DNA of 63,285 nt, counting the filler, from Atractiella rhizophila (lineage: Eukaryota): the NCBI GenBank assembly GCA_021432655.1. It is 7 parts of 7 records of this genome, joined end to end, with 100 filler letters (N's around TTAATTAATTAA, not from the genome) between each part and the next. Parts side by side here need not be neighbours in the genome. Positions count along the whole stretch, not along the records: positions 43,997 to 50,375 come from MU272058.1; positions 50,476 to 61,321 come from MU272059.1; 5 more parts are not named here. One strand, written 5' to 3'. Below the pieces are notes generated by a model that did no database searches, was not told where the DNA came from, and was given only the letters and a program-made list of their open reading frames with translations. A program made the translations under genes and the position numbers. The first letter of the stretch is position 1, and each line of letters begins with the position of its first letter. Shown here one piece after another: positions 49,066 through 59,327 of this stretch.

Positions 49066-50375
49066 TTAATATCGTAACATTCGGCCAACTGGGGGTTCTG
49101 ATGTAGCTCGGATAGACGGTTTTTTGAAGCCGGGAAGGGACGTAAATGGCATGATAGGCACTCTATGAGGCATGCATGCAACGTGAGGGGGAGATGGCAA
49201 TCTTGCAGCTTGTACCGGCAGGTGAGGCATCCTTTTGAGATTGGACGGTCGGCGTCTTCTTCGAAGCAGTGATCTTAGGAGCACGAAAACGAGGACGAAA
49301 AAGCAGATGAACGAAAGCGTCATCAACGTCAACTGCAAAATTGTTCAGGTACAACAGCCTTACTAGCAGAAAATACTTACGTGAATGGACATTTGCGCTT
49401 CTTGGATGTAGGTTGTCGAGACATGCCAATAACCTCGCAGTCGGAGGCTCCAGGACTGCATATACCCCGATAAGAGAACAACAATGACCAGGAGCAGCGC
49501 AATTGAAGGTTGGCACTTCAATACACCTACCACAGGTGTCAGTCGAAGCATCCAAAGAAGATAATCCTGCAAACCAGGAAGAGCAGCGACCAGTAGCCAG
49601 AACCACCCTGTAGTTCCCCCATTTGGCTGAAAAAGGAATCGACTTCTGTTCAATTCGACGGCTTCTGCTAGACCTTCAAGGTTGGAAGTTAGATCAATAA
49701 TCCGAGCGAGACCTTCTTCTAGTGATCGATGAGAAATATTCTGAAGATGTAGACTGAGCTCGAAAGATTGCTGTAGGTCGAGCGAGAGGTTTTGCAGCAC
49801 CCTTCCAGCCTTTAAAAAAATGAGCTGCGTCATAGAACAACGCAGAAGAAGAGCCTACAGTTATCACGGAGTGCATCAGATCTTTGAAGACGGAGAGCGA
49901 TGTATTAGCATCTTCCTGTAAAAATTTAGCCGATTATTGAAAATTTAAGGACCTACCACTTGCAAAGATAAACTGCGAAGCATCTCTTCTACTGTGCTCA
50001 CTTCTTTCATAAGGCCAGCAGAGACGTCTCCTAGTCCTCTGCTGTGATCATACAGAATCTTCTCTAACTCCATTTTGGTCTACGATCGCGATGATTCCAC
50101 ACTTCATCAAGGAAATATTGTGGACGCACCAATTGCACGCTGTCTTGCATCACGTCCCATCCGCCTTGGAACTTCTCGAGAAGCTCCAGCGAATGAAGGG
50201 AGATATTCTTGTAGATATCTCGCGCCGAATCCAGGTCGTGCATCCTCGAATGAGCAAAGCAGAATTGTACTGGCGCCACGCCGATCAGCCCTAGCATATC
50301 TCAGCTCAAGAGAACGTGCCTATCTCTCTCAGGTACCCTGAATATGAGCTCCAGTGTTGAGGACTTCTGCTCAGT
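49066..50375 (-). CDS. KAR5: Nuclear fusion protein Kar5/Tht1 family, 3' part
   Basis: LSRSPQHWSSYSGYLREI|VQFCFAHSR..DSARDIYKNIS, followed by a coiled-coil-like region and C-terminal TM helices. Confidence 0.82.
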
Positions 50376-50475
50376 NNNNNNNNNNNNNNNNNNNNNNNNN
50401 NNNNNNNNNNNNNNNNNNNTTAATTAATTAANNNNNNNNNNNNNNNNNNNNNNNNNNNNNNNNNNNNNNNNNNNN
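50376..50475. other. Artificial contig linker
   Basis: N-TTAATTAATTAA-N. Confidence 0.98.
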
Positions 50476-52139
50476 TCTTCAGAATAGAGACAGTTTCAGC
50501 ACATTTGCACTGAACATCCTCCCAGATAAGTGTTTGTAGGGTGGAAAGTGAGACTTCAAGTATTGGGACGAAGTCAGGGCCAATGTTGCTGTCATAGATC
50601 GCCAGTACTTGAAGTCTGAAATCCGGTTCGTGAAACCAATAATCCAGAACGCCAGACATACCCTCCCGGAATGTGGGTTCGAATTGCGCTCGACGAAGCT
50701 CTAATTCGTGAAGAGAATTGAACTGAGCTAGATAACGAAGGATGAAGGAAATGTCAAGGCGACCAGCTTTGGGAGCACCATGAAGTTTCAGACAAGAGAT
50801 ACGTGGGTAAATCGTGAAGAAATGCATAATATAAAAGCAGGCGTTTGAAGTTAGACCTGAATGTCTGAATATTAGCTTGCTCAGGCCAGACGTGAAAATA
50901 GGGGCGGCGCACCCTGCAGGAAAAGCGACTCAACGTTCTCACTTTCTTGCACTATCCTGGACAAACTTTCTAGCCCGCCTTGCAGCCCGATCTCCAAATC
51001 ATAGGTAAAATTTTTCACCAATTTCCGTAGATGGGGGTTTTCCTTGATAGTTCGCAGAAATAGGACTTCATCAGTCTGGTCTTCCCATTGATACCATCCT
51101 TTGAGCCAAGGAGATTGATAGAGGTGCCTTCTCCCCATGTCGACGAATCTTTTAGCGGACCGAATGAATGAAGCGAGACCATGTCGCCTGCCCAGATTAT
51201 CGGCAGCTTTCGAGTCGAAATCGGGGTCGAAAGGAAATGGCAGTGGCTTGAGGAAGAGTAAAATGTCATCCACAAGTTCTAAGGGCAGTTGGGTGAAAGC
51301 TGGGATTTCGTCCGGAACCATCGTCTTGACCTATCCCGTAATGATGAGCTCTCATTTCAACTGGAATAAACTTGTATACCATGACGACCGGAGTGCGAAA
51401 ATACGGCTCCCGATGAAAATTTTAGCTAAATCGTACTCTTTATATCCTCGACTCACCGTTTCTTCTTCCGCTTTTTCTCTAACATTTTTTGTTCCCTACT
51501 ATCAAGATGTAAAGTCCCGTCACGCTTGGGCGGTTGTTCAAAATTGGAATAAAATCTTGTTCGGCTCGGTAGCCCTATTTCGATGATCTCATTTGCTTTG
51601 GGGTCCCACTCGTAGAAATTACCGTCATATAGAAAACAAGCGATGCCATAGATAGCATAGATTCCTCGAAAAGGATCGATAGCATCGCCATCATACCAAA
51701 TATAAGGAGTTGTCTGAGGTACGGTGTCAGGGAGGGGAAGATTGAATGTCTGGCGAAGTCGAGAAAAAATTGAATACCTCCCCCATGGATGCCACAGTCC
51801 TGGATGCTCTGGCTGTGGAGACTCGTTACAATCGAGAGGCAGAAACCTTCTTTGGAAAATAGGATACGACCCAGCCCGTAGACTATTGGCAAACCAATCG
51901 AACCATGAATCATCCGTCATGTAGGGCAAAGGTGGTTCTAGTCGAAGCGAAGAACAAAGATCACCAGGCGTTCCTGGTTTTGCTCCACATACGGGACAAT
52001 ACTCAGAGGGATCAGGGTTCCCTTCATTCTCTTCATCCATAGCTTCGAGTTCTTCTTCCGTCAGAGGTTTAGTGAGATATTCTCTCCACTTCATCCATTC
52101 TACATCTACCTGCACCTGCGAAAGCTGCCGCCTTTCCAT
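50476..52139 (-). CDS. Unrecognised N-terminal domain + F-box-like/RNI-like protein, left copy (acceptor defect; 3' cut by gap)
   Basis: FTQLPLELVDDILLFL..RRHLY F-box-like motif; colinear paralog of 52537-54216. Confidence 0.72.
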
Positions 52140-52536
52140 TTTCTTCGAAAAAAAAACGAATTCTCAAAAGACGAAGAGGGGCGAAGAGAGGACGATTGAA
52201 ATGGACAGTCCGTGCTTTGCAACGAAGGCAACAAAGGGCCTAGGATTGGGTGGGACAAAGAAAAGCACAAAGCAAAGAGCAACAAGCGTATCCTCCAAAC
52301 CTTATCATCTCCATTTCAAATAAGCTTCTTTCAGACGGAACTTCTGTGCAAGCCTCAGCACCCTCTTTGCTCTGCTTCCTGTCTTCTCTCTCTTCTGCCT
52401 CTCCTCAGCTGCCACCAGCAGGGCCGCAAGACCTATCACAAAAGCAGAAGCGGTCGAAGAGAATGTACCGAAGGGAATACGAATAAGTACATTTTGCGAA
52501 GGAAATGCTTACTTTGGCATCATATAAACTCTTGGA

Positions 52537-54216
52537 ATGGAACAGCTTTTGCAGTTGGATCTCGACCTCGATGCCGAATGGTTGAAATGGAGAGAATATC
52601 TCACTCAGCCTCTAACGGAGGAAGAAATTGAAGATATGGATGAAGGGAATCCCAACCTATCAGAATATTGTCCTAGCTGTGGAGCAAAACCAGGATCGCC
52701 TGGTGATCTTTGTCCTGCGCTCCGCCTTCATCCACCTTTCTCGTCCAAGTCGGATTCATGGGTTCAAGGGATCACCGATCTTGTGCGAGCTGGTTCATAT
52801 CCAATCTTCCAAAAAAGACTTCTTCCTCTGGATCACAACATATCCCTTCACCCAAAGGATCATGCGACCTGGTATTCTTGGGGAAGATATTCAATATTTT
52901 CTCGCCTTCGTCAGGCTTTCAATCTCCCTTTACCCGACACAGTACCTCGCACGATCCCTTATACATGGTATGACGGCGATCATTTAGGAAGTTACGGCGT
53001 TGTCTGTTTTCTCTACGGATGTGACTTCTACGAATGGCACCCAGACAGTCGCGACATCTTCAAGATAGGGCCGGCGAGAGGAACAGATTTTTATAAAGCT
53101 TTTCAGCAACCCCCAGAGCGTGACGAGACGGCACATCTCAATCGCAGGGAAAGGAGAATGATGGGAATGAAGAAGAAGAAAAGGTGAGCTATCTTATAGG
53201 ACATGGGAAACAGTAATAGAGCTGAACGAATCATAGAAAACCAAAATTACGTGCAGCGGTCATGATGGTACACAAATTTGTTTTTGTATGACAGCTCACC
53301 TCGTGGCTAGGTCAAAACGGTGGTTGCCGACGAGATGCCAGCTTTCAGCCGACTCCCTCTAGAACTTGTCGATGAGATTTTATTCTTTCTGAAGCCATTG
53401 CCTTTTTCCTTCGACTCCGATTTTGATGCCAAAGCTGCCGATAATTTGGGCAGAAGACACGGGCTGGCCTCCTTCATTCGATCTGCCAAGAGGTTCGTTG
53501 ATATCGGGAGACGACATCTTTACGAGACGCCTTGGCTGAAAGGTTGGTATCAATGGGAGGACCAGAACGATGAAGTCTTGTTTCTGCAGACTTTGAAGCG
53601 AAGTCCTCATCTGCGCAATTTGGTCAAAAGTATTAGCTATGACTTGGCTATTGGGCTCCACGGCGGGTTAGCAAGCTTGTCCAGGATTTTGCAGGAAGCA
53701 AAACATATTAAATCGCTGTCTCTTCAAGGTGTGTTCCTTCATGGAACTGCTTGCCTGAGGGTACTAAGTTCTCCATATTCAGGGTTAACTTCAAACGCCT
53801 GCGTTTATATCATGATGCATTCGGCTAGTCTTTACAGTGATCTGTCGAGCTTGAAGCTTCATGGGGTCCCGGACCAGCGCCTGCTTAAACTATCGCACTC
53901 ACTCGACTACCTATCACTATTCCGTTCTCTTCGCGAGTTGGAGCTTCGTTATGCACACTTTGAACCCTCATTCGGGGACTTGCCGAATGCCACTACCACT
54001 GACTATTACTTTGAGAAACCTGATTTTAGACTTCACGTGTTAGCGGTGTATGACAGCAGAATTGGGCCAGACTTTGTGCCCATCCTCGAAGGATCGCTTC
54101 CAACGTTGCACACTCTTATTTCGGAAGGTGTAGAATGTGAATGTGCCAAAACCATGTCTATTCTGAGAAACCTAACTGAGGACTCGCCATGGGGACACTT
54201 CTTTCGTTATGACTAG
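52537..54216 (+). CDS. Unrecognised N-terminal domain + F-box-like/RNI-like protein, right copy (3' end uncertain)
   Basis: Exons 52537-53183, 53237-53267 and 53311 onward splice in frame. FSRLPLELVDEILFFL and LxxLxL repeats (IKSLSLQG, LRELELR, LHTLI). Confidence 0.78.
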
Positions 54217-54521
54217 TTTGCTTTTACATGTTGAAATGTATACTGAGAATCTTTCCTGCGCTTTCCAGCCTCTCACACAGCTCCTAAGCTTCCCCAATCC
54301 ATGCTTTAACGGCGGCAGCCACTCCCCAAACAATCCCTTGTGACGCCATCGAACCCTGCCAGTTGAGCCTTTCAACAAAATTCGGAGATCGATGCTCCTT
54401 CTTCCTCCTCAGCCCATCCTCTGCATAGACCTCGTCTCATCTAGCCGCATCACGATCTCCTCCTGAGTCGTCACCTGAGCGCTGTATTTTTCGAGATCGA
54501 CTCGAAGCATCGCTTTCTACC

Positions 54522-54620
54522 TTGAAAACCCTGGTGTGGGAAGATGTCGAGTGCACTTGTTACGAAACCGTCCACATTTTAAAGGACTCCATGGGAGCAC
54601 CTCTTTCGTCACGAAGAATG
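54522..54620 (+). pseudogene. Third fragment of the F-box-like family
   Basis: LKTLVWEDVECTCYETVHILK matches LQTLIWEDVQCKCAETVSILK and LHTLISEGVECECAKTMSILR. Confidence 0.65.
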
Positions 54621-55076
54621 CAAGTTTTCACAATGTTGAGCTTTATCCACGGTATTGACTCGAGCCCTCTACCACTACCTCCCGTGCACAATGTGCGTAT
54701 CTTCCAACTCCTCTTACTCCAGACTCCTGTCCCTCTCCGTCGTATCCCACTCCATCTCTTCCTTGCACCATTGCCCTATTCCTAATCTCAACATGTATGA
54801 GAGTGGGAGCGTGGCACTCACCGCACCGCCCACCGTAGTCTTCATGTTTGCCCCACTTCACTTCGCTTCCATCATTACATCTGTTTGGCATGAGTCATAA
54901 ACACACTTTTGAGCCTTCATACCTCCCTCACTCCTCACCAGGCATATTGAAATGAAATGAATTACTCCATCTTACTGCATATGTTTACGCCTTTCTGAAG
55001 CTACAACGAAATTTATTCTGCAGAGGTCAAAAAATATGTTTCCTATTGGACTCGAACCCTTACACGAGTCACAGCA

Positions 55077-55137
55077 GGGTTCAAGGGGCCATGCCCCTTG
55101 CGAGGGACCTGAGGGACGAAGGCCGTTGACACACTTG
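55077..55137 (+). mobile_element. Possible Helitron-like 3' terminus
   Basis: Perfect GC-rich hairpin caaggggc-cat-gccccttg, then CTTG directly before a TA run. Confidence 0.4.
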
Positions 55138-56238
55138 TATATATATAGTCCACTTCCTCCTCTCCTGCTCAGGTGGTCGTTCACCATCTAGAGCAGGTAG
55201 GTCCTGCATTGCATCCAAAGTGGTCGTTCACCATCTAAAGCAGAGCCGAACAAGCCTCTCACAACATGCAACCGCTACACACTATGAGCCACCTGATGGG
55301 GCTATGGGAGCACCTGCACCTCCTTCCATCACGTTTGGTGTGGCTTAAGCCTTCCTTTCATTTTTGCCCATGTTGTCTTATTATTCAGCCTTCTTTGCTA
55401 TAAGAAGAATTGCCCTGCAAGTGCGAGACCCACTGCTTGTTTCAGTCTCACACCTTGCAGTCTCGAACGTGCCACACCCTAAGAATCTCATCACCACCTA
55501 CATGTCTTACTACCACAGACCACTTTATCCTTTCCAGACTGGATACAACAGCCAAAGGCCCCTATACCCAATGCTGATTGATGCCTCTCTCGTAAGGAGA
55601 CATGGAGCTGCTGCGAAAGGGTTAGCCGTTTTTTCTGGGGAGGTGCACAGTTCGAAGGTACAGGGAAAGTCATCGTGGCTGCTCCTGAGACTATCGAATG
55701 CAGCGATTCTTGTACCACCAACTGATGCAATGCCTCGAACATGACTGGGTTACTGATATAGGGCCATGCTCTTGCCCCATCCCCAAGGTCCTTTCCTGAA
55801 AACTGCCTGTTGATTCCTGTGACGGATATCCATAACACGAATTACCAGCTCCACCAAATCAATATATCTGTCCCAGCACGCCACCACTCCTTCGTGCTTG
55901 TCTTCTGCCTCTTCCCAGAAGAACCGTCGCCGCCCCATACCATTCGTCAGATGAGAGCAGCTTGTCCTTGCCTTTGAAGTTCTTCAAGATGTACTGTGCC
56001 AAATTGGTAGCATAGACCATGGTGCCCAAGTTGAGGTTGATTATGACTTTGTCTGACATGTTGTGGGTTTGGATCTTGTTGATTCCTGGCGAATAAGCCA
56101 CCATTTCAAGGAATGTGTGTGGATTCTTCTTTGTGTGCTCATACAACTTGACATGCAACCACTGTTCCACCCACAAATACATCGGTCTTATTCTTCACAG
56201 TAACCGCAAGCTTGATGTAACACACAACACCATGGGCC

Positions 56239-57094
56239 TGTTAGGGCAGACACTATGTGCGGTCGCCGATGGGTGATGCGTCTGTAGTGGAGGTAAACCT
56301 CAGAGAATACTCTAAGGTCACTGTCAGGCTTGCCCCTACGCATTACCGAAATGCACCATTTTGATGTCACGTGACCACTTTAGTACGTTGTAGGATCACG
56401 TGCCTACCCGTTGCTGCTTTGCTCACGTTCGTGCTGACCGCTGCCTTCCTCCATCTCACACAAATCGCCGGTCTGCACCGTCTCCATTATTGCCTTATTA
56501 TCCTTTCTCACTTGTACTGCTCTGTATGTCTTATTTCCGAGTATTCCCTTTATTGCTTTCCTGATCTAGCTATCTTACATGTTCCAAGAAACGTATGGTA
56601 CAGTTTATGGCTGTACCCTTACATATGTATATATACATTGAGATGTAGTGGTGGTGACCTCAGAGTATTCTCTCAGGTTTACCTCCACTGCAGGTTAGTC
56701 TTCTCATGCCATACTATCCTCTTAGGTTTACCTCCACTACAGACGCATCACCCCTCGGCGACCTCACATAGTGTTTGCCCTAACAGTCACCTCCACTACT
56801 CTCCGATCTATATATACAAGCGGGATAACACTGCCACAGAGTGTAGACGAGAGCAGATGAAACATGTAAGAGAACTAAAAGGGGGAAGTGACAGTGGGAT
56901 TACACGGAGTTGATAAGAGGAGAATAGACACAAGTGAGCTAAGTGGCGATGGGAGACACAGAGTGGCGATGGTTCACAGATTTGTATAGAATGCAAACAC
57001 ACGAACAGGCACCGATTTGCGGGGAACGCAAATGGGCGATACAAGACGCAATCCGGCGAACGGGCACCGATTTGTGTAAGATGCAAACCTGACA
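56239..57094 (-). mobile_element. Solo LTR, type B, minus orientation, host of a nested LTR
   Basis: Reverse-complement homolog of 57160-57573 with TGTCAGG..CCCTAACA ends; flanks gggcc/ggcac are not a perfect TSD. Confidence 0.85.
56322..56785 (+). mobile_element. Solo LTR, type A, nested; TSD GTCAC
   Basis: TGTCAGG..CCCTAACA ends; GTCAC at 56317-56321 and 56786-56790. Confidence 0.92.
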
Positions 57095-57159
57095 GGCACC
57101 TGTCAAAGTGGCGAAAAAGAAGGCCAAGGGTGATAATGACTCTCAGGTGTGCGACTTTT

Positions 57160-57573
57160 TGTCAGGTTTGCATCTTACGCAAATCGGCGCCCGTTCGCCG
57201 GATTGCGTCTCCTATCGCCCATTTGCGTTCCCTGCGAATCAGCGCCCGGTCGCCACTGCATCTCCCGTCGCCTATTTGCACCTACATCACTACTTAGCCC
57301 AATTGTGCCTATCCTCCTCTTATTAACTCCGCGTAATCCCACTGTCACTTCCCCTTTAGTTCTCTTACATGTTTCATCTCCTCTCCTCTACGCTTTGTGG
57401 CAGTGTTATTCTACTTGTATATATAGATCAGAGAGTAGTGGAGGTGACCTTAGAGTATTCTCTTAGGTTTATCTCCACTACAGGTTAGTCTTCATGTCAT
57501 ATCATTCTCTTAGGTTTATCTCCACTACAGACACATTGCCTATCGGCGACCGCACATAGTGTCAGCCCTAACA
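57160..57573 (+). mobile_element. Solo LTR, type B; TSD CTTTT
   Basis: TG..CA ends, internal TATATA; CTTTT at 57155-57159 and 57574-57578. Confidence 0.92.
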
Positions 57574-57808
57574 CTTTTCTGCTGGGCATGTTGCAACCGC
57601 GTTTGGTCGGCTCCGTTCGTGTTGTCACAGTTCGCGAAGAGGTGTGAGGTCTGCCTTTGGGTTATTTGTAGGAACTCTCCATGCTAGTCGTAATGTCGAC
57701 TACATTCCATCCTAAACGCATCGGCGACGCGAAAAAACGTCCATTAGCTTTTTCTGAAAGCAATTATGAGAACATTCGGACGCCGTCGAGGATTCTCCCG
57801 CACATTCG

Positions 57809-58777
57809 ATGCTGAGCACCGCTCAGTTGTACTCTGAGGCGTTCAGCATGGACTTCGCACAAATCATGCTGGTGGCCGCCAAATTGAATGCACAAGCAGC
57901 GGCGGACGCTCCTAAGGCCACTGAGTTGCAAATGGAATCGTACAAAAGGAGGCAGGATGATCGAGCCGCGGAGGATGGGGCTAGTGAGGGTTCTCTCGTG
58001 GAAGGTGTGATCGCTGATATGACTGGTAGGGTGAGCTTATCCATTTTTCGGCGATCAGTCTGACTATCTAGATGTTGTTTAGGCATCGTAGGGCACCTAA
58101 CCCGTCGCCAGCTGCAAAAAATTGTCAGGCTTGCCCCTACGCATTACCGAAATGCACCATCTGAAGTCACGTGACCTACTTTACCATGCCATAGGACCAC
58201 GCGCCTGCCCATCGCCGCTTTGCTCACGTTTTCGCTGATCGCCGCCTTCCCCTGTCTCACACTAATCACCGCTCAGCAAACCTTAAACATTTCGCCGGTC
58301 TGCACCGTCTCCATTATTGCTTTATTGTCCTTTCTTCTCACTTGTACTGCTCAGTGTGTCTTATTCCTGAGTTTTCCCTTTATTGCCTTCCTGATCTAGC
58401 TATCTTACATGTTTCAAGAAACTTAAGATACAGTTTATGGCAGTGCTTTTACATATGTATATATACATCGAGATGTAGTGGTGGTGACCTCAGAGTATTC
58501 TCTTAGGTTTACCTCCACTACAGGTTAGTCTCCTCATGCCATACTATTCACTTAGGTTTACCTCCACTACAGACGCATCGCCTATCGGCGACCGCACATA
58601 GTGTCAGCCCTAACAAAAATGTGTCGCATCGGTGAAATCGAGTTCCGACTTGGCGACTTAAAACCTTTGTTGGCCTAAGAGGCCTATGACAATTCCAATT
58701 ATGATGCATATTCCGTTTCTTCTTTGAGTAGTAGCGATAGTGAGGAATCTGTCCAGAGCGGTGATTTTGAACTCTGA
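57809..58777 (+). pseudogene. LTR-interrupted gene remnant with a SAP-like motif
   Basis: Removing LTR 58123-58615 and one TSD restores LTRRQLQKMCRIGEIEFRLGDLKPLL; an in-frame TAA follows. Confidence 0.5.
58123..58615 (+). mobile_element. Solo LTR, type A; TSD AAAAT
   Basis: Homolog of 56322-56785; AAAAT at 58118-58122 and 58616-58620. Confidence 0.92.
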
Positions 58778-59101
58778 AATGTATGTGTTTTTGTGTCTCA
58801 CTCCCTTGTCTACAGGAGGATCCTCAGGCGTTCCTCCCAAGCTACCCAAGCTTATTTTAGAGCTCACAACCAAATAGCCCTGGGCCATGCGCTCGTGGAC
58901 ACAACACGTATAGTGTCGGTCGCCTAATCGCAACTAGCCTGCCAAACCTTAAAATTGCTCCCTCAGTTTTGGTCCTGGGGACTATCTGTCTGTGAAATAT
59001 GCTCTAAAGAACCCTTAGATTAAAACCTACAGACAACTTTTTGGAAACTCTTCTTCCTGAGGAGCAATATTTTTTGCACCATGAGATTTGGAACAAGTGC
59101 T

Positions 59102-59219
59102 CTTGTACGTGCCATTGTATGTCAGGTGACCCATTGTACGTGCAACTGTATGTCAGGTGACCCCATTGTACGTGCAACTGTATGTCAGGTGACCCATTGT
59201 CCGTGTGACTGTATGTGAC
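59102..59219 (+). repeat. About 31-bp tandem repeat, 3-4 copies (cattgtacgtgcaactgtatgtcaggtgacc)
   Basis: Directly visible; lies just upstream of the transposase. Confidence 0.9.
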
Positions 59220-59327
59220 TCACCGTGCGTTAGTGACTCATTACGTAAGTCAGGTGACCTCGTCCGCCCGTGCAAAGGGTGTCATGTCCATTTTTCTCGA
59301 CTTAACCCAACCAGGCTGCCAGCTGTT

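Noticed and set aside
49066..52139. KAR5 next to the F-box pair as a mating-related cluster
   Set aside because: Separated by an artificial linker, so adjacency is unsupported.
55040..55110. tRNA gene around minus-strand GGTTCGAGTCC
   Set aside because: No T-stem, acceptor stem or anticodon arm can be formed.
55260..56238. Fragmented minus-strand ORFs as a specific transposase or gag
   Set aside because: Looks like decayed coding sequence, but I recognise no diagnostic motif.
59102..59219. CRISPR-like array
   Set aside because: Repeats abut without unique spacers, the context is eukaryotic and no cas genes are present.
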